Made by a program: the position numbers and the translations under genes. A stretch of 64,000 nt of DNA from an uncultured Gammaproteobacteria bacterium. Lineage in GTDB: Bacteria > Patescibacteriota > Microgenomatia > UBA10105 > UBA927. Shown here piece by piece: positions 39,647-49,400 of this stretch (the stretch's first letter is position 1; the number at the start of each line of letters is the position of its first letter). Below the pieces are notes generated by a model that searched no databases, was not told the origin of the DNA, and saw nothing but the letters and a program-made list of their open reading frames with translations. The stretch spans positions 28,968-92,967 of the forward strand of contig CAZEVT010000002.1 in assembly GCA_964515005.1 (NCBI GenBank), in the 5' to 3' direction.

Positions 39647-40728
39647 CTATAGCCACGAGCGCTTAAGTTCAAGGAACCGGTTTTTCTTAATGGACGTACG
39701 AATATCTTCCATGAGGCGCTCCATAACATGGAGATTGTGGATCGTGGCTAAGCGGTACGAAAGGAGCTCTTTCACGCGAAACAGATGGTGGACGTAGGCC
39801 CGGGTGAAATGCACGCATGTGTAACAAGCGCATCCCCTTTCTATTGGCCCGAAATCCTTTGCAAACTTCGATTTAGTAATATCTATCTGCTTGTTTTTCA
39901 CATACAGCATCCCAACGCGTGCGAGTCTCGTAGGCTGTACGCAGTCAAACGTATCCATGCCGGCTTCAACGAGCGTGAAAATATCATCAATCTCCCCACT
40001 CCCAAAAGATGACGGGGTTTGTTTTGAGGAAGAAACGGTACGACCCACTCCAAAACTTTTGCCATTTCTTTTTTGCTTTCTCCCACTGACACGCCGCCAA
40101 TTGCCAATCCATCAAAATCCATGGAACCAATAAACTTGGCCGACTCCTGCCGTAAATCTTTGTACACACTCCCTTGAATTGAACCATACAGCGCCCCCTT
40201 TTTATGAGCTGCCAAACTGCGTTTTGCCCATCTATGGGTTCTGTCTAAAGATTGTCGTGCTTTTTCGTGCGTCACCGGATACGGTGTGCAATCGTCAAAT
40301 GCAATGTGGATATCCGCGCCTAACTCTTCCTGCCATTGCATACTTTTTTCCGGGGTAAACACATGCTTACTGCCATCCCAGTGGGATTTAAATTCCACTC
40401 CCTCATCCGTAATTTTTGCGCCCAAAGAAAATATCTGGAATCCTCCACTGTCGGTCATGAGCGGCCCGTTCCAGTTCATAAATTTGTGGAGTCCTCCTGC
40501 TTTCTTCACCACCGCGATCCCCGGCCGCAAATACATGTGATACGTGTTGACGAAATACAATTGAACACCAATGATGTTCAACTCTTCAGGTATGAGGCTT
40601 TTGACCGTCGCCTGCGTGCCGCACGGCACAAACGCCGGGGTCCCAATTGTGCCATGCGCCGTCCTTATCTTCCCTACTCGAGCGCGGGTATTTTTATCTT
40701 GATGAAGAACTTTAAATGCAAATGGCAT
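39647..40728 (-). pseudogene. tgt: Queuine tRNA-ribosyltransferase, frameshifted (or sequence error)
   Basis: TPAF, NTYH, TDSGGFQ, PRHLLGVG in one frame; EIDDIF, DTFDCV, CACYTC, TIHN in another; one G missing in the run at 39994-39997. Confidence 0.88.
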
Positions 40729-40730
40729 TG

Positions 40731-42284
40731 CTATATTTTATACGGTTGGGCAGAATATAGCCACGTGCGTAAATTTGCCAAAGGCCCATCTATTTCCTTT
40801 TTTTGGTTTTTCCTATACGCTCCCAGCAAACGCAAAAGCTGTTGGCTTCCTAACTGTTCTGGTTTTTGTATGCTATAAAAGTCATGCGAATTCCTCGCAT
40901 GCCATGATGGAAATTGTAAACAAAACATCGTTATTGCGGTATCTACTTGATCCGGTTTAGAAAATGAAAAGGCCGGTCCGTATACCATATATCCGTATCC
41001 ATAGATGAGTCGTCGTAATCCCGGTTCAAGCGCATCCATAATTCCCATCGGAATTGCCATACGAAGAAATAGCTCTGAATCGTAATCATTCAATCTCATA
41101 AAAAGCCGTATTATTTCGGAATTTAAAAAATTATTTTTCCGTCCAAATACTGCTACTTCTGTTTTTTTATCACGCAAAAGAACAAGCAATTCTTTCCGAT
41201 AGCGCACCCACCAATCGCCATATAATAGATTGTCACTATATCTCCCGAGATGTTGCGTTTTTTCCGCAATCGCACGGAGTCCGGCATGAAGCGCTTCTTC
41301 AATAGTGCGATAATTTGGCTCCTCAATTACTTCCGGATGTTCAAAAGCAGCACGCATATCGATATATTTTTTGCTTGGCAACACCATCCATTGTTGGGAA
41401 CGGATTGATGTACCATCAAAAAGCCTACTATACCCTTCCTCAGCTTCTGAGTAGATATATAGTGGTACAAGCGTATTCATTGATCTAGGCATCTGTGGAC
41501 CAATGCGCAAATCCCGTTCATAGTTAGTTACGTGAATCGTAATATCCGGCAATTTAGGATCCGCTTTCTCACGTACATCGCTTAATCGCACTTCCAAAGC
41601 GGTAAGGTGCGCATAGCGCACAAATCGTACCGTCACCACGCTGACGGGTTTACCCCATTTCGTTTTTTGTTCCATCACCCCTTTAAACACCACATCTTTT
41701 TCATCCGGTTTAATACGCATTCGCCTAAACGTATCTCCTTTTAATAAGTGCAGAAAGTTTGGCAGTAATCGATCTTCAACAAATTTATCGAATGGTTCAC
41801 CGAGTGGAAATTTTCTGTCAATATCCATCATATCGGGTAAATCTCCGTACATGCGCTTATGAAGCGCCGCAACTGCTGCATAATTATCCGGTCGAGAAAT
41901 GGCACTTCGAAAACTACCACCAAATCCAAACCCTAAAAAACTTAAGTGTTTCGCATCAAGTAGCGGCGTCTCAAAACGCTTAAGAAGGTCGGCGTCCCAT
42001 ATAGGATTAGATTGCAGTAGTGCAATATCAAGAAGCGTATTCAGAAACAACGCATCGTCGACCATGTGATGGAACTCTTGAGTGCCATATCGCCAATCAA
42101 CGGCACTTGCTGTATCTATCAGAAACCCTTTTAGTCCATTCTCAAGTGGAGCATAAACATAGCCGTCGTCGATTTCAGAAAATGGGAGTTTGTCACCGGA
42201 CAAAATTGACTGAGCAGCTACCTCGCTACCCAACCATTGAGCGACGGGCTCATTTGCACTGATGCCAATTTCAGGAGTTGTCAT
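40731..42284 (-). CDS. Hypothetical protein with possible CCA/poly(A) polymerase-like head motifs
   Basis: GFGGSFR...DMMDID; start reassigned to ATG 42284. Confidence 0.55.
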   Translation of the reverse strand: MTTPEIGISANEPVAQWLGSEVAAQSILSGDKLPFSEIDDGYVYAPLENGLKGFLIDTASAVDWRYGTQEFHHMVDDALFLNTLLDIALLQSNPIWDADLLKRFETPLLDAKHLSFLGFGFGGSFRSAISRPDNYAAVAALHKRMYGDLPDMMDIDRKFPLGEPFDKFVEDRLLPNFLHLLKGDTFRRMRIKPDEKDVVFKGVMEQKTKWGKPVSVVTVRFVRYAHLTALEVRLSDVREKADPKLPDITIHVTNYERDLRIGPQMPRSMNTLVPLYIYSEAEEGYSRLFDGTSIRSQQWMVLPSKKYIDMRAAFEHPEVIEEPNYRTIEEALHAGLRAIAEKTQHLGRYSDNLLYGDWWVRYRKELLVLLRDKKTEVAVFGRKNNFLNSEIIRLFMRLNDYDSELFLRMAIPMGIMDALEPGLRRLIYGYGYMVYGPAFSFSKPDQVDTAITMFCLQFPSWHARNSHDFYSIQKPEQLGSQQLLRLLGAYRKNQKKEIDGPLANLRTWLYSAQPYKI

Positions 42285-43452
42285 ACCGAAATCCCTTTCC
42301 CTTGACGGCTTGAATAATCGATTTATTGAAATTGAGCTCGACACATTTTTTGCGAACGCGGGAAATAAGCTGATCGATCGCCCAATCTGAATAGGAATTC
42401 TCCCAATTATCTTTCCAAACGGCTTTTGCAATTTCATCGCGGGTCACAATGTGGCCCGCCCGCTGGACAAAAAGCCGCAAAACGTACTGTTCCTGCGAAG
42501 ACAGAATTGTATCTATTGGGACATCTCCGAGGACCAACCTATCCCCTGATATTTCTATACGTTTATTTGGTTTTCGAAGCGATTCTACATATTCTGCAAG
42601 AAGAGGTATCGTGAGGTATAATCGATGACCTCGAGCTTCCAGCCATCTAGTCTGTTTCAAAAACTCGATACTGATTGCTTCGTCCGGCGTAAAATCGTTC
42701 GCGCCCACGACAACTTTCAGTATCGCTGTTTGTTCCGACCGCAACAATCCATCATATATGCTTTTTAGCTTTATCTGCATCATCGGGTGATGTAATATAT
42801 CTTGAACATTCGTAGATCCGGTATCCCGAACAAAACGCACCGCTTGCTTAAGGGGCGTAAAATGGCATGTTGCCGTTCGCACGACTTCTCTCAGAATTTT
42901 TTCGCTCATGGATACCTTCCACGCGCGGGTCCAATGGTACAAAAAATACGCGCTCGAGGCTTTGTCGTGAAGGGGCATTATAACGGTATTTTGAATAAAA
43001 GTAGAGGTATAGGTAAGTATGGAACTTACCGTCGGGTGAAGAAAATTTATATTGAAAAATAAAACGTATGAAATGGTCGGATTTTTCGCCTGACGTTTCC
43101 GTAAGTAATGGAAAAACGATTCAGACTTGCCCACAAGCAAACGGTCTATGCCACAAATCCAGTAAATAGGCGCGTTTGTGTTCTCTTCATGTTTTTGAAA
43201 TTCTTTTTCAAGAACATCGGGGTCTTCCAGGTTTCCTGTATCGATATCGATAATAATGGGGACATTTCCGCGAAAATGCGTCGTAATAAGATCGGGTCGT
43301 TTACAAAGCGCTTCATGACGCCGAAGCACTTCTCCTTTATGGTAGATATACACACTTCCCGATTCCTGAAACTTGGAAATATGACTCCATGAAAAAAGCA
43401 AATCCCGAAACTCTTCTTCTGAATACGCGTCTGCATATAACGCTTGTTTCAT
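42271..43452 (-). CDS. Regulator with degenerate ATPase-like region and C-terminal OmpR-type winged helix
   Basis: IVTRDEIAKAVW...SDWAIDQLISRVRKK...VKGKGF. Confidence 0.75.
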   Translation of the reverse strand: MKQALYADAYSEEEFRDLLFSWSHISKFQESGSVYIYHKGEVLRRHEALCKRPDLITTHFRGNVPIIIDIDTGNLEDPDVLEKEFQKHEENTNAPIYWICGIDRLLVGKSESFFHYLRKRQAKNPTISYVLFFNINFLHPTVSSILTYTSTFIQNTVIMPLHDKASSAYFLYHWTRAWKVSMSEKILREVVRTATCHFTPLKQAVRFVRDTGSTNVQDILHHPMMQIKLKSIYDGLLRSEQTAILKVVVGANDFTPDEAISIEFLKQTRWLEARGHRLYLTIPLLAEYVESLRKPNKRIEISGDRLVLGDVPIDTILSSQEQYVLRLFVQRAGHIVTRDEIAKAVWKDNWENSYSDWAIDQLISRVRKKCVELNFNKSIIQAVKGKGFRYDNS

Positions 43453-43583
43453 ACGGATATTGGGCAGGAACGGAAGTATATCATATTGTTGTCAAATTGA
43501 CAATATTTCATCAGAATCCCCCATCAAGCATCGAAAGGATACAAAGTATATAAAACAACAACAAATTATCGAAGGAGGCAATT

Positions 43584-43967
43584 ATGACAAGAGATACCGA
43601 GCCAAAGTCAATAAGTCCGGAAAAAGCAATTATAGAAGTTGTCGTACAAGGGGCTATGCGATATGGAATTGGGCCAACTCAGGCAGGCGAATACCTGCAG
43701 GAACTAGCAGGAATTCTGACACCAATTTCAGAAAATCAAAGAATCGACGAGTTAACAAAACTGATAGACCCTAACATTCCGAACAGAAGTTTAATCAAAA
43801 AAATTGCTGAGAGTGGATGGCGGCTTCATATTGACCCTATCAAGCTATTTCAATTTAATATGGATTTCGTCACTGTTGTTCTTGCGTTACCCGAAGAAAT
43901 GCGATCGCAAGCCATTGATCCGGATTTTCTAAACGGCATTGCCGGACATCTCAAAGGCAAGATGTAA
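43584..43967 (+). CDS. Hypothetical protein
   Basis: Strong SD GAAGGAGG; 127-aa ORF. Confidence 0.65.
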   Translation: MTRDTEPKSISPEKAIIEVVVQGAMRYGIGPTQAGEYLQELAGILTPISENQRIDELTKLIDPNIPNRSLIKKIAESGWRLHIDPIKLFQFNMDFVTVVLALPEEMRSQAIDPDFLNGIAGHLKGKM

Positions 43968-43968
43968 T

Positions 43969-44241
43969 ATGGCAAAAGTTTCCCCGGAAGACACGGAGGC
44001 AATGGCATTACGAAATGTGATGACGCCGAAGTTGCGCGAAGACTTGGACCGGGCATTAAGCACATTATCCGAAAGGCGAAGAGAAATATTTCTGGCGCAT
44101 TTTTTGGATGGTGCTACCTATGCTGATTTGAGCCTGCACTATGGAGTAACAGAAAAAAGAATTGGTGCAATTATCAACAATACTCGCAATAATTTACGAG
44201 GCGTCACTAGTCTCAGGCAATATTTGGATATGATTCCGTGA
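43969..44241 (+). CDS. Standalone sigma-70 region 4 HTH protein
   Basis: ALSTLSERRREIF...GATYADLS...GVTEKRI. Confidence 0.7.
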   Translation: MAKVSPEDTEAMALRNVMTPKLREDLDRALSTLSERRREIFLAHFLDGATYADLSLHYGVTEKRIGAIINNTRNNLRGVTSLRQYLDMIP

Positions 44242-44279
44242 CTCTCTTAAGGTGCCTTCAAGGACTCTCCTCGTAGGCC

Positions 44280-44300
44280 TTACCCGGCCCCGTGTTCGAT
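44280..44300 (-). repeat. Short copy of the CPA2 gene 3' end (IEHGAG-stop)
   Basis: ATCGAACACGGGGCCGGGTAA matches 19/21 nt of the CPA2 gene end. Confidence 0.75.
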
Positions 44301-44711
44301 CCGCTCAATCAGTTCCTTTGGCGAAACAATGCGAAACATGCGGATTTTGCCCCGAAGAGCTAACAGGTGTTTCTTATCCAGGGTCACGAGGAAATCTGCG
44401 CGATATTCTTTCGCCGATGCGAGTACATGCGCATCGCCGACATCAACGACCACTGCTTCAAATCCTCGTACAATACTGACCGGCGGTGCGGGAACAACGG
44501 TAAACAATTTTGTGAGTGTGCGGATAGATGTAGCGGGAATACTCAACTTCGCGCGGTGGCGCATAATTTCATCCAGAATGATTTCACTCACGAATCCCTG
44601 TACATTCCCTTTCCGGATCCATCCCAGCAGTTTCCCTGAACCTCCGGACGGTGATGCAAAACCCGAAAGAACAACGGAAGCATTAAACAGTATTCGTGGT
44701 TTTGCGCGCAT
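44280..44711 (-). CDS. PIN-domain (VapC-like) toxin
   Basis: FNASV, ILDEI, DVGDAHVL, LVTLDKKHLL. Confidence 0.85.
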   Translation of the reverse strand: MRAKPRILFNASVVLSGFASPSGGSGKLLGWIRKGNVQGFVSEIILDEIMRHRAKLSIPATSIRTLTKLFTVVPAPPVSIVRGFEAVVVDVGDAHVLASAKEYRADFLVTLDKKHLLALRGKIRMFRIVSPKELIERIEHGAG

Positions 44712-44949
44712 GCAACTCCTTGCTTTCTTTTTTATCCAGCTCAATGAACTCACGGAGCTCCGCATCTGTATACGATCGGACGGGATATGCCAGAGTCCGC
44801 ACCGGCTCGATCGTCAGTCTCCCACGATCAGTACGCACGCGCACCAGATCATTTTCCGAAATACCGACACGCTCGCGGAGTTTTTTTGGAATAGTAACCA
44901 GCCCCTTCGGCTGCATTTTTACAATATCTTCAAGTGGAAGTAGTTGCAT
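44683..44949 (-). CDS. AbrB/MazE-family antitoxin
   Basis: KGLVTIPKKLRERVGI...GRLTIEP. Confidence 0.88.
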   Translation of the reverse strand: MQLLPLEDIVKMQPKGLVTIPKKLRERVGISENDLVRVRTDRGRLTIEPVRTLAYPVRSYTDAELREFIELDKKESKELHARKTTNTV

Positions 44950-45005
44950 AAGTTGGAATTTCTACCTTTCTATATTTCCATATTATACTATTTTTAACAA
45001 CGTGT

Positions 45006-45058
45006 CAACTATCCCGCGCCGTGTTCGATTTTGAGCCGTGAGATTTTGCCGGCAATTT
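45006..45058 (-). repeat. 53-bp direct repeat of the CPA2 gene 3' end (partner 45788-45840)
   Basis: 49/53 identity; all four differences at synonymous third codon positions. Confidence 0.95.
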
Positions 45059-45647
45059 AATATTCTTTTGTTGCAATAACCTGCGAGAGAAGGTTTGCTA
45101 CATCAAGCTTCTTTGCCTGACCCAAAAGATATTTCTCATCCAGTTTACCTTTTTGCACCAGCCACATTCCCACACAGTCACGCATATGACGTTCGCTGGG
45201 CACTTCTTTACACCATGACAGTTTCGTAAGAATCAAGTCTTCCGGGGATAACAGAGGAATTGTTGTGTCTATGATGCGAATAGCACGGCGGCGTTGCCAT
45301 TTCCTGTCAAACTCCGTACTTGTCACTAACCATAAATCTATTTTTACCCCGACATATGTGTGATACAGACTATAGAAGCTGATATTTGGATCGTGAAGCT
45401 GAATTGTATCCTGCAGATATATACGAGGAAGTGCAGTAAGCGCTCGCATAAGCCTTTCTTTTGCATTCCTCGAAATTTCCAACACAAAATCAATGTCATG
45501 CGTAGCCCGGGGATATCCGTAAAACGCAACGGCAAGACTCCCAGTGAGAAGATAAGGAATGGTAAATGTCTGGAAAAGACGCGCAAAGGTAACAAGAATG
45601 TCTTGCTGGCCGTGTTCAATTTTGTTTTGGAGATTTTTTTTGCCCAT
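45057..45647 (-). CDS. Nucleotidyltransferase (DUF6036/AbiEii-like), putative toxin
   Basis: LTGSLAVAFYGYPRATHDIDF, SPEDLILTKL, RHMRD. Confidence 0.8.
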   Translation of the reverse strand: MGKKNLQNKIEHGQQDILVTFARLFQTFTIPYLLTGSLAVAFYGYPRATHDIDFVLEISRNAKERLMRALTALPRIYLQDTIQLHDPNISFYSLYHTYVGVKIDLWLVTSTEFDRKWQRRRAIRIIDTTIPLLSPEDLILTKLSWCKEVPSERHMRDCVGMWLVQKGKLDEKYLLGQAKKLDVANLLSQVIATKEY

Positions 45648-45768
45648 GATATGTTTCCCTATCCTGCTTCCCAAGTCGGGCTAGTTCTCGTACAAAATCA
45701 GACAGTTTGAGAGCCTGTATCAGCCGTTTTTCGCCGGAAAGTTTACGAAGCACCGTCGTTTGATCCAT
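45616..45768 (-). CDS. Small partner protein of the nucleotidyltransferase (putative antitoxin)
   Basis: MDQTTVLRKLSGEKRLIQALKLSDFVREL; TGGTATAAT 7 nt before ATG. Confidence 0.6.
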   Translation of the reverse strand: MDQTTVLRKLSGEKRLIQALKLSDFVRELARLGKQDRETYHGQKKSPKQN

Positions 45769-45790
45769 GAAAAGTATTATACCACGACAA

Positions 45791-47521
45791 CTACCCCGCC
45801 CCGTGTTCGATTTTGAGCCGTGAGATTTTGCCTGCGATTTCTTCTTCATTGACTCCAAATGATGGAAGCAAGCGTTCGACGATTGAGATTGCCGCTTCAA
45901 ACTCCGGCTGAACGACCGCATCAACGCCTAAAGATTTAAGGTGCTTCTGATCTTCTTCATGATGCGTCCGGCAGATGATTTTAATCTTGCGGTTTAAGGT
46001 TTGGGCGTGTCCAATGACCATCTCCTGCGTATGCCGGTCCGGTATAGCAATAATCAGCGCCTTCGCATGGTCTACCTGCGCAAAATCCAAGACGTCCTTG
46101 TCCGCGGGGTCGCCGTAGATGACCGGTATCCCTTTTTCCTTCAGCGATGCCACGGCGGCACTATTGTAATCAACAACGACAAACGGGAGCCCAGACAACT
46201 CAAGCGCCCTTCCTATATACTTCCCCACCCTGCCGTAGCCGCAGAGAACCACGTGATCCCGGTACGGCAACTCTTCTTTCATATCCGCAAGTTCTTTTTT
46301 AGTGTGAAAAATCGTCGGCGTATACTTCCCAAGCCATTCGTGGAACGCGTAATACAGTCCGTGGCCCCGGGCCATAAGCGGAGTAGAGACTAAGATCGTG
46401 AGAAACGTAAGGGCGACAATAAAAATTGCATGCTCCCCGCCTATGGCGCCAAGGGCAAGACTTTGGGACGCGATGATAAATCCAAACTCGCTCATCTGGG
46501 TCAGGCCAACGGCGACCAAAAATGACGTTTTTCGGTGATAGCCTAAAAACCGCATGAGCCCCATGACGACAAACCATTTAAGCGCAAGAATGACGGCGGT
46601 CATGATCGCAAGCGTGCCTGCCATCTGCCACAAATACGCAACTGGAATTCCCATCCCGATCGATACAAAAAACACCACGGCAAACAGATCCCGAAGCGGC
46701 CGGATTTCAGCAAATATCGCATGATTTTGACTGGTCTCGGCAATAAGAAGGCCGGCGATGAACGCACCCAAGCCCGCGGAAAGTCCTAGAACATACGTGG
46801 TAATTGCGGAAAGAAACACCAAGGCAACGGTCGCCAAGACAAAGATTTCGCGGCTCCCCATGGAGGCGATTTTCCCCAACACCCGCGGCACCACGCGTTT
46901 GCCTATAAGGACAATAAGCCCCAAGGCAAGAGCCGCCTTCAGAACGCTGATGCCAAGCGTCGTCACGAGACCCGTAATACTCGCGTCACCCGAGGCGGAA
47001 CTGGATACCACGGACGGCAAAAGAATCATGATGGGGATGACCGCAATATCCTGAACAACGAGCCACCCGGTCATCACCTCGCCCGGCAAGGTATCCAGCT
47101 CTCCCCGTTCCGAAAGCACCTTGACGACAACCGCGGTTGAGGAAAGGGCGGCGGCAACGGCAATCACAAGGGCAGGCAAGAACCCAAACCCCAGATACAT
47201 GGCACCAAGAAGAAACAGGAATATGCAAATGAGTATCTGAAACGATGCCGCCCAGGTGACCGCGCCAAGAACACGTTTCAACCTGTGAAATGAAAACTCC
47301 ACCCCAAGGGTAAAAAGGAGAAGGGTGACGCCGGTATCGGCGATAATTTTCAAAAATACGTGATCCGTAATTCTCGGAAACAGATTGCCAAAAAGTACAC
47401 CTGCCGCGATATACCCGAGAAGAAGCGGTTGCTTGAGCAGTTTCGCTATCGCCCCGCCAAACATGGCGGCCCCAAAAACAAGAAGCAGCGTTGTGATGAG
47501 GGATAAGCTATGCGTGTCCAT
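45791..47521 (-). CDS. CPA2 cation:proton antiporter with TrkA-N domain (KefB/YbaL-like)
   Basis: LFTLGVEFS, LSSTAVV, VQDIA, QMSEF, CGYGRVG. Confidence 0.92.
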   Translation of the reverse strand: MDTHSLSLITTLLLVFGAAMFGGAIAKLLKQPLLLGYIAAGVLFGNLFPRITDHVFLKIIADTGVTLLLFTLGVEFSFHRLKRVLGAVTWAASFQILICIFLFLLGAMYLGFGFLPALVIAVAAALSSTAVVVKVLSERGELDTLPGEVMTGWLVVQDIAVIPIMILLPSVVSSSASGDASITGLVTTLGISVLKAALALGLIVLIGKRVVPRVLGKIASMGSREIFVLATVALVFLSAITTYVLGLSAGLGAFIAGLLIAETSQNHAIFAEIRPLRDLFAVVFFVSIGMGIPVAYLWQMAGTLAIMTAVILALKWFVVMGLMRFLGYHRKTSFLVAVGLTQMSEFGFIIASQSLALGAIGGEHAIFIVALTFLTILVSTPLMARGHGLYYAFHEWLGKYTPTIFHTKKELADMKEELPYRDHVVLCGYGRVGKYIGRALELSGLPFVVVDYNSAAVASLKEKGIPVIYGDPADKDVLDFAQVDHAKALIIAIPDRHTQEMVIGHAQTLNRKIKIICRTHHEEDQKHLKSLGVDAVVQPEFEAAISIVERLLPSFGVNEEEIAGKISRLKIEHGAG

Positions 47522-48200
47522 GGATAATTCTATCCATATCATCTGGTATCGGGGCGTCGAATGCAAGTTCTTTTGCGCTCACCGGGTGGAGACATCCGAG
47601 CTTCCATGCGTGCAACATAACTCGAGGTGCCCATGTACGGTCGTCCCTGGCGGTTTTCCTACCCGCATACAAATAATCACCGAGGATCGGATGATTGATA
47701 TATTTAAGATGGACTCTAATTTGATGAGTACGGCCAGTCTCTGGATACAGTTCTACTACGCTAAATTCTTTCAAGTGTTGTAGTACCTTATATTTCGTTA
47801 TTGCTTCTTTTCCCCCTGGAACAATTCCAAATCGCTCTCTATTCCATGGTAAACGACCAACCGGCGCGCGTATTTCGCCTTCGTCGGGCACGAGCTTCCC
47901 GTGCACGATTGCAAGGTACGTTTTTTTAATGAGGCGCTCCTTAAACTGCCGCTGAAGTTCAACAAATGCATCGGGTGTTTTGGCAATAAGAAGTATGCCC
48001 GAGGTTTCCTTATCTATCCGATGTATGATGCCTCCTCTATCCTCAATAAATATGTGATGCGTCTTTTCGACCCAATCTTGGAGCGTTTCCACCTTCACCG
48101 AATTCGCACGATTGACAACAAGTCCCGACGGCTTATTGACCACAAGCATGACCTCATCTTCAAAAAGTACGGGAATGTTCATTTGCTGTGCGTCAGACAT
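47508..48200 (-). CDS. rluD: RluA/RluD-family pseudouridine synthase
   Basis: VNKPSGL, HRIDKETSG, TGRTHQIRVH, LHA. Confidence 0.9.
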   Translation of the reverse strand: MSDAQQMNIPVLFEDEVMLVVNKPSGLVVNRANSVKVETLQDWVEKTHHIFIEDRGGIIHRIDKETSGILLIAKTPDAFVELQRQFKERLIKKTYLAIVHGKLVPDEGEIRAPVGRLPWNRERFGIVPGGKEAITKYKVLQHLKEFSVVELYPETGRTHQIRVHLKYINHPILGDYLYAGRKTARDDRTWAPRVMLHAWKLGCLHPVSAKELAFDAPIPDDMDRIIHGHA

Positions 48201-48529
48201 ACCGTTGCCGCGGGAAGTATTGCAAGCCGATCCGTATCAATCATGTCGCCACAAACCGAACAATATCCGTAGGTGCCATCGCCAATACGCATGAGTGCCC
48301 CGTCAATATCCGCACGTTTCGCTTTCAGCTCGTCCAAAATTGCGGCAAACCGGTCGTGGCTGGATTCCTCGCTCGCTTCTGAGTCGGAGGCTGCATTGTT
48401 ATGGGCGCGCTCGGGATCCGAAAAAGGATCCTGAAGAGAAACTTCTGCCATGCGGCTGGCGAGTTGTTTTTTCTCTTCTTCAAGATGGAGTCGAATCTGT
48501 TCAAGGACTTCGCTTGGAAAACTTACCAT
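48179..48529 (-). CDS. DksA/TraR-family zinc-finger protein
   Basis: Coiled coil then GTYGYCSVCG...RLAILP...C. Confidence 0.85.
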   Translation of the reverse strand: MVSFPSEVLEQIRLHLEEEKKQLASRMAEVSLQDPFSDPERAHNNAASDSEASEESSHDRFAAILDELKAKRADIDGALMRIGDGTYGYCSVCGDMIDTDRLAILPAATVCLTHSK

Positions 48530-49316
48530 GGATGCCTCCTAATAATTTGTTGACCATCGGCCGGACCCATTCCCGGCCTCCCCCGCGAACATAAAACGCG
48601 CCTATCGTTTCTGCAAATATTGCGATCAATATCCACTGATTGGCGCGAAGTACTCCCCAGTATACACGAGAGTCCTTCAAAAATTCAAGGATAAACATGA
48701 AGACGGCAAAAAGAGAAAAAAACCAAAGCCCCAGAAGTCCATACGGCCACTTGTTTTTCCGGCCGCGACGGGTAAGAAAAACAAGGAGGATGAGAATAAT
48801 AACGATCGCGATGGCCTCATATAACTGTACCGGGTGACGCGTTCCCACGTGCCCGACGTACCGGACCGCCCACGGAAGATTAGAAAGAGCCCCCACGTAT
48901 GACCCGTCCAAAAATGCCCCAAGGACCCCGACAAAAAAAGACGCGCCAAATGCGTACCCGACCGCATCCAACACGTACCCCAGGCGAACCTTATACTGTC
49001 GCGAAAGATAGATAAGGGTCATGAGGCCACCCAAGAGAGCCCCGTAGAGGGACAATCCCGGGGCGACCCACATAGCCACAATCTTTAGATAACTCTCGGC
49101 AAACGTATTCCAGTCAAACAACACGAACCCTGCACGCGAAAAGACAAATGCGGCAATGGTCGCGTAAAACGTGAGGTCAAAAATGCGGTCTTCCGGGACG
49201 CCTTCGTTTCGGAGTCCCCGCCAAAACACAAATGAAAATATAAGCCACGCCAAAAGAAGCACAATGCTTATGCTATAGACATGCATCCCACCGATCGTAA
49301 AAAGTACAGGAAACAT
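48501..49316 (-). CDS. lgt: Prolipoprotein diacylglyceryl transferase
   Basis: MFPVL, GLSLYGALLGG, RHPVQLYE. Confidence 0.88.
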   Translation of the reverse strand: MFPVLFTIGGMHVYSISIVLLLAWLIFSFVFWRGLRNEGVPEDRIFDLTFYATIAAFVFSRAGFVLFDWNTFAESYLKIVAMWVAPGLSLYGALLGGLMTLIYLSRQYKVRLGYVLDAVGYAFGASFFVGVLGAFLDGSYVGALSNLPWAVRYVGHVGTRHPVQLYEAIAIVIILILLVFLTRRGRKNKWPYGLLGLWFFSLFAVFMFILEFLKDSRVYWGVLRANQWILIAIFAETIGAFYVRGGGREWVRPMVNKLLGGIHGKFSKRSP

Positions 49317-49400
49317 ATTATCGATTATACACCCATCTTACTCAGATTTGCAGCCCGAAGGGCGAAAAAACTGATTAGATGGGTGGATACCCGGACTTAC

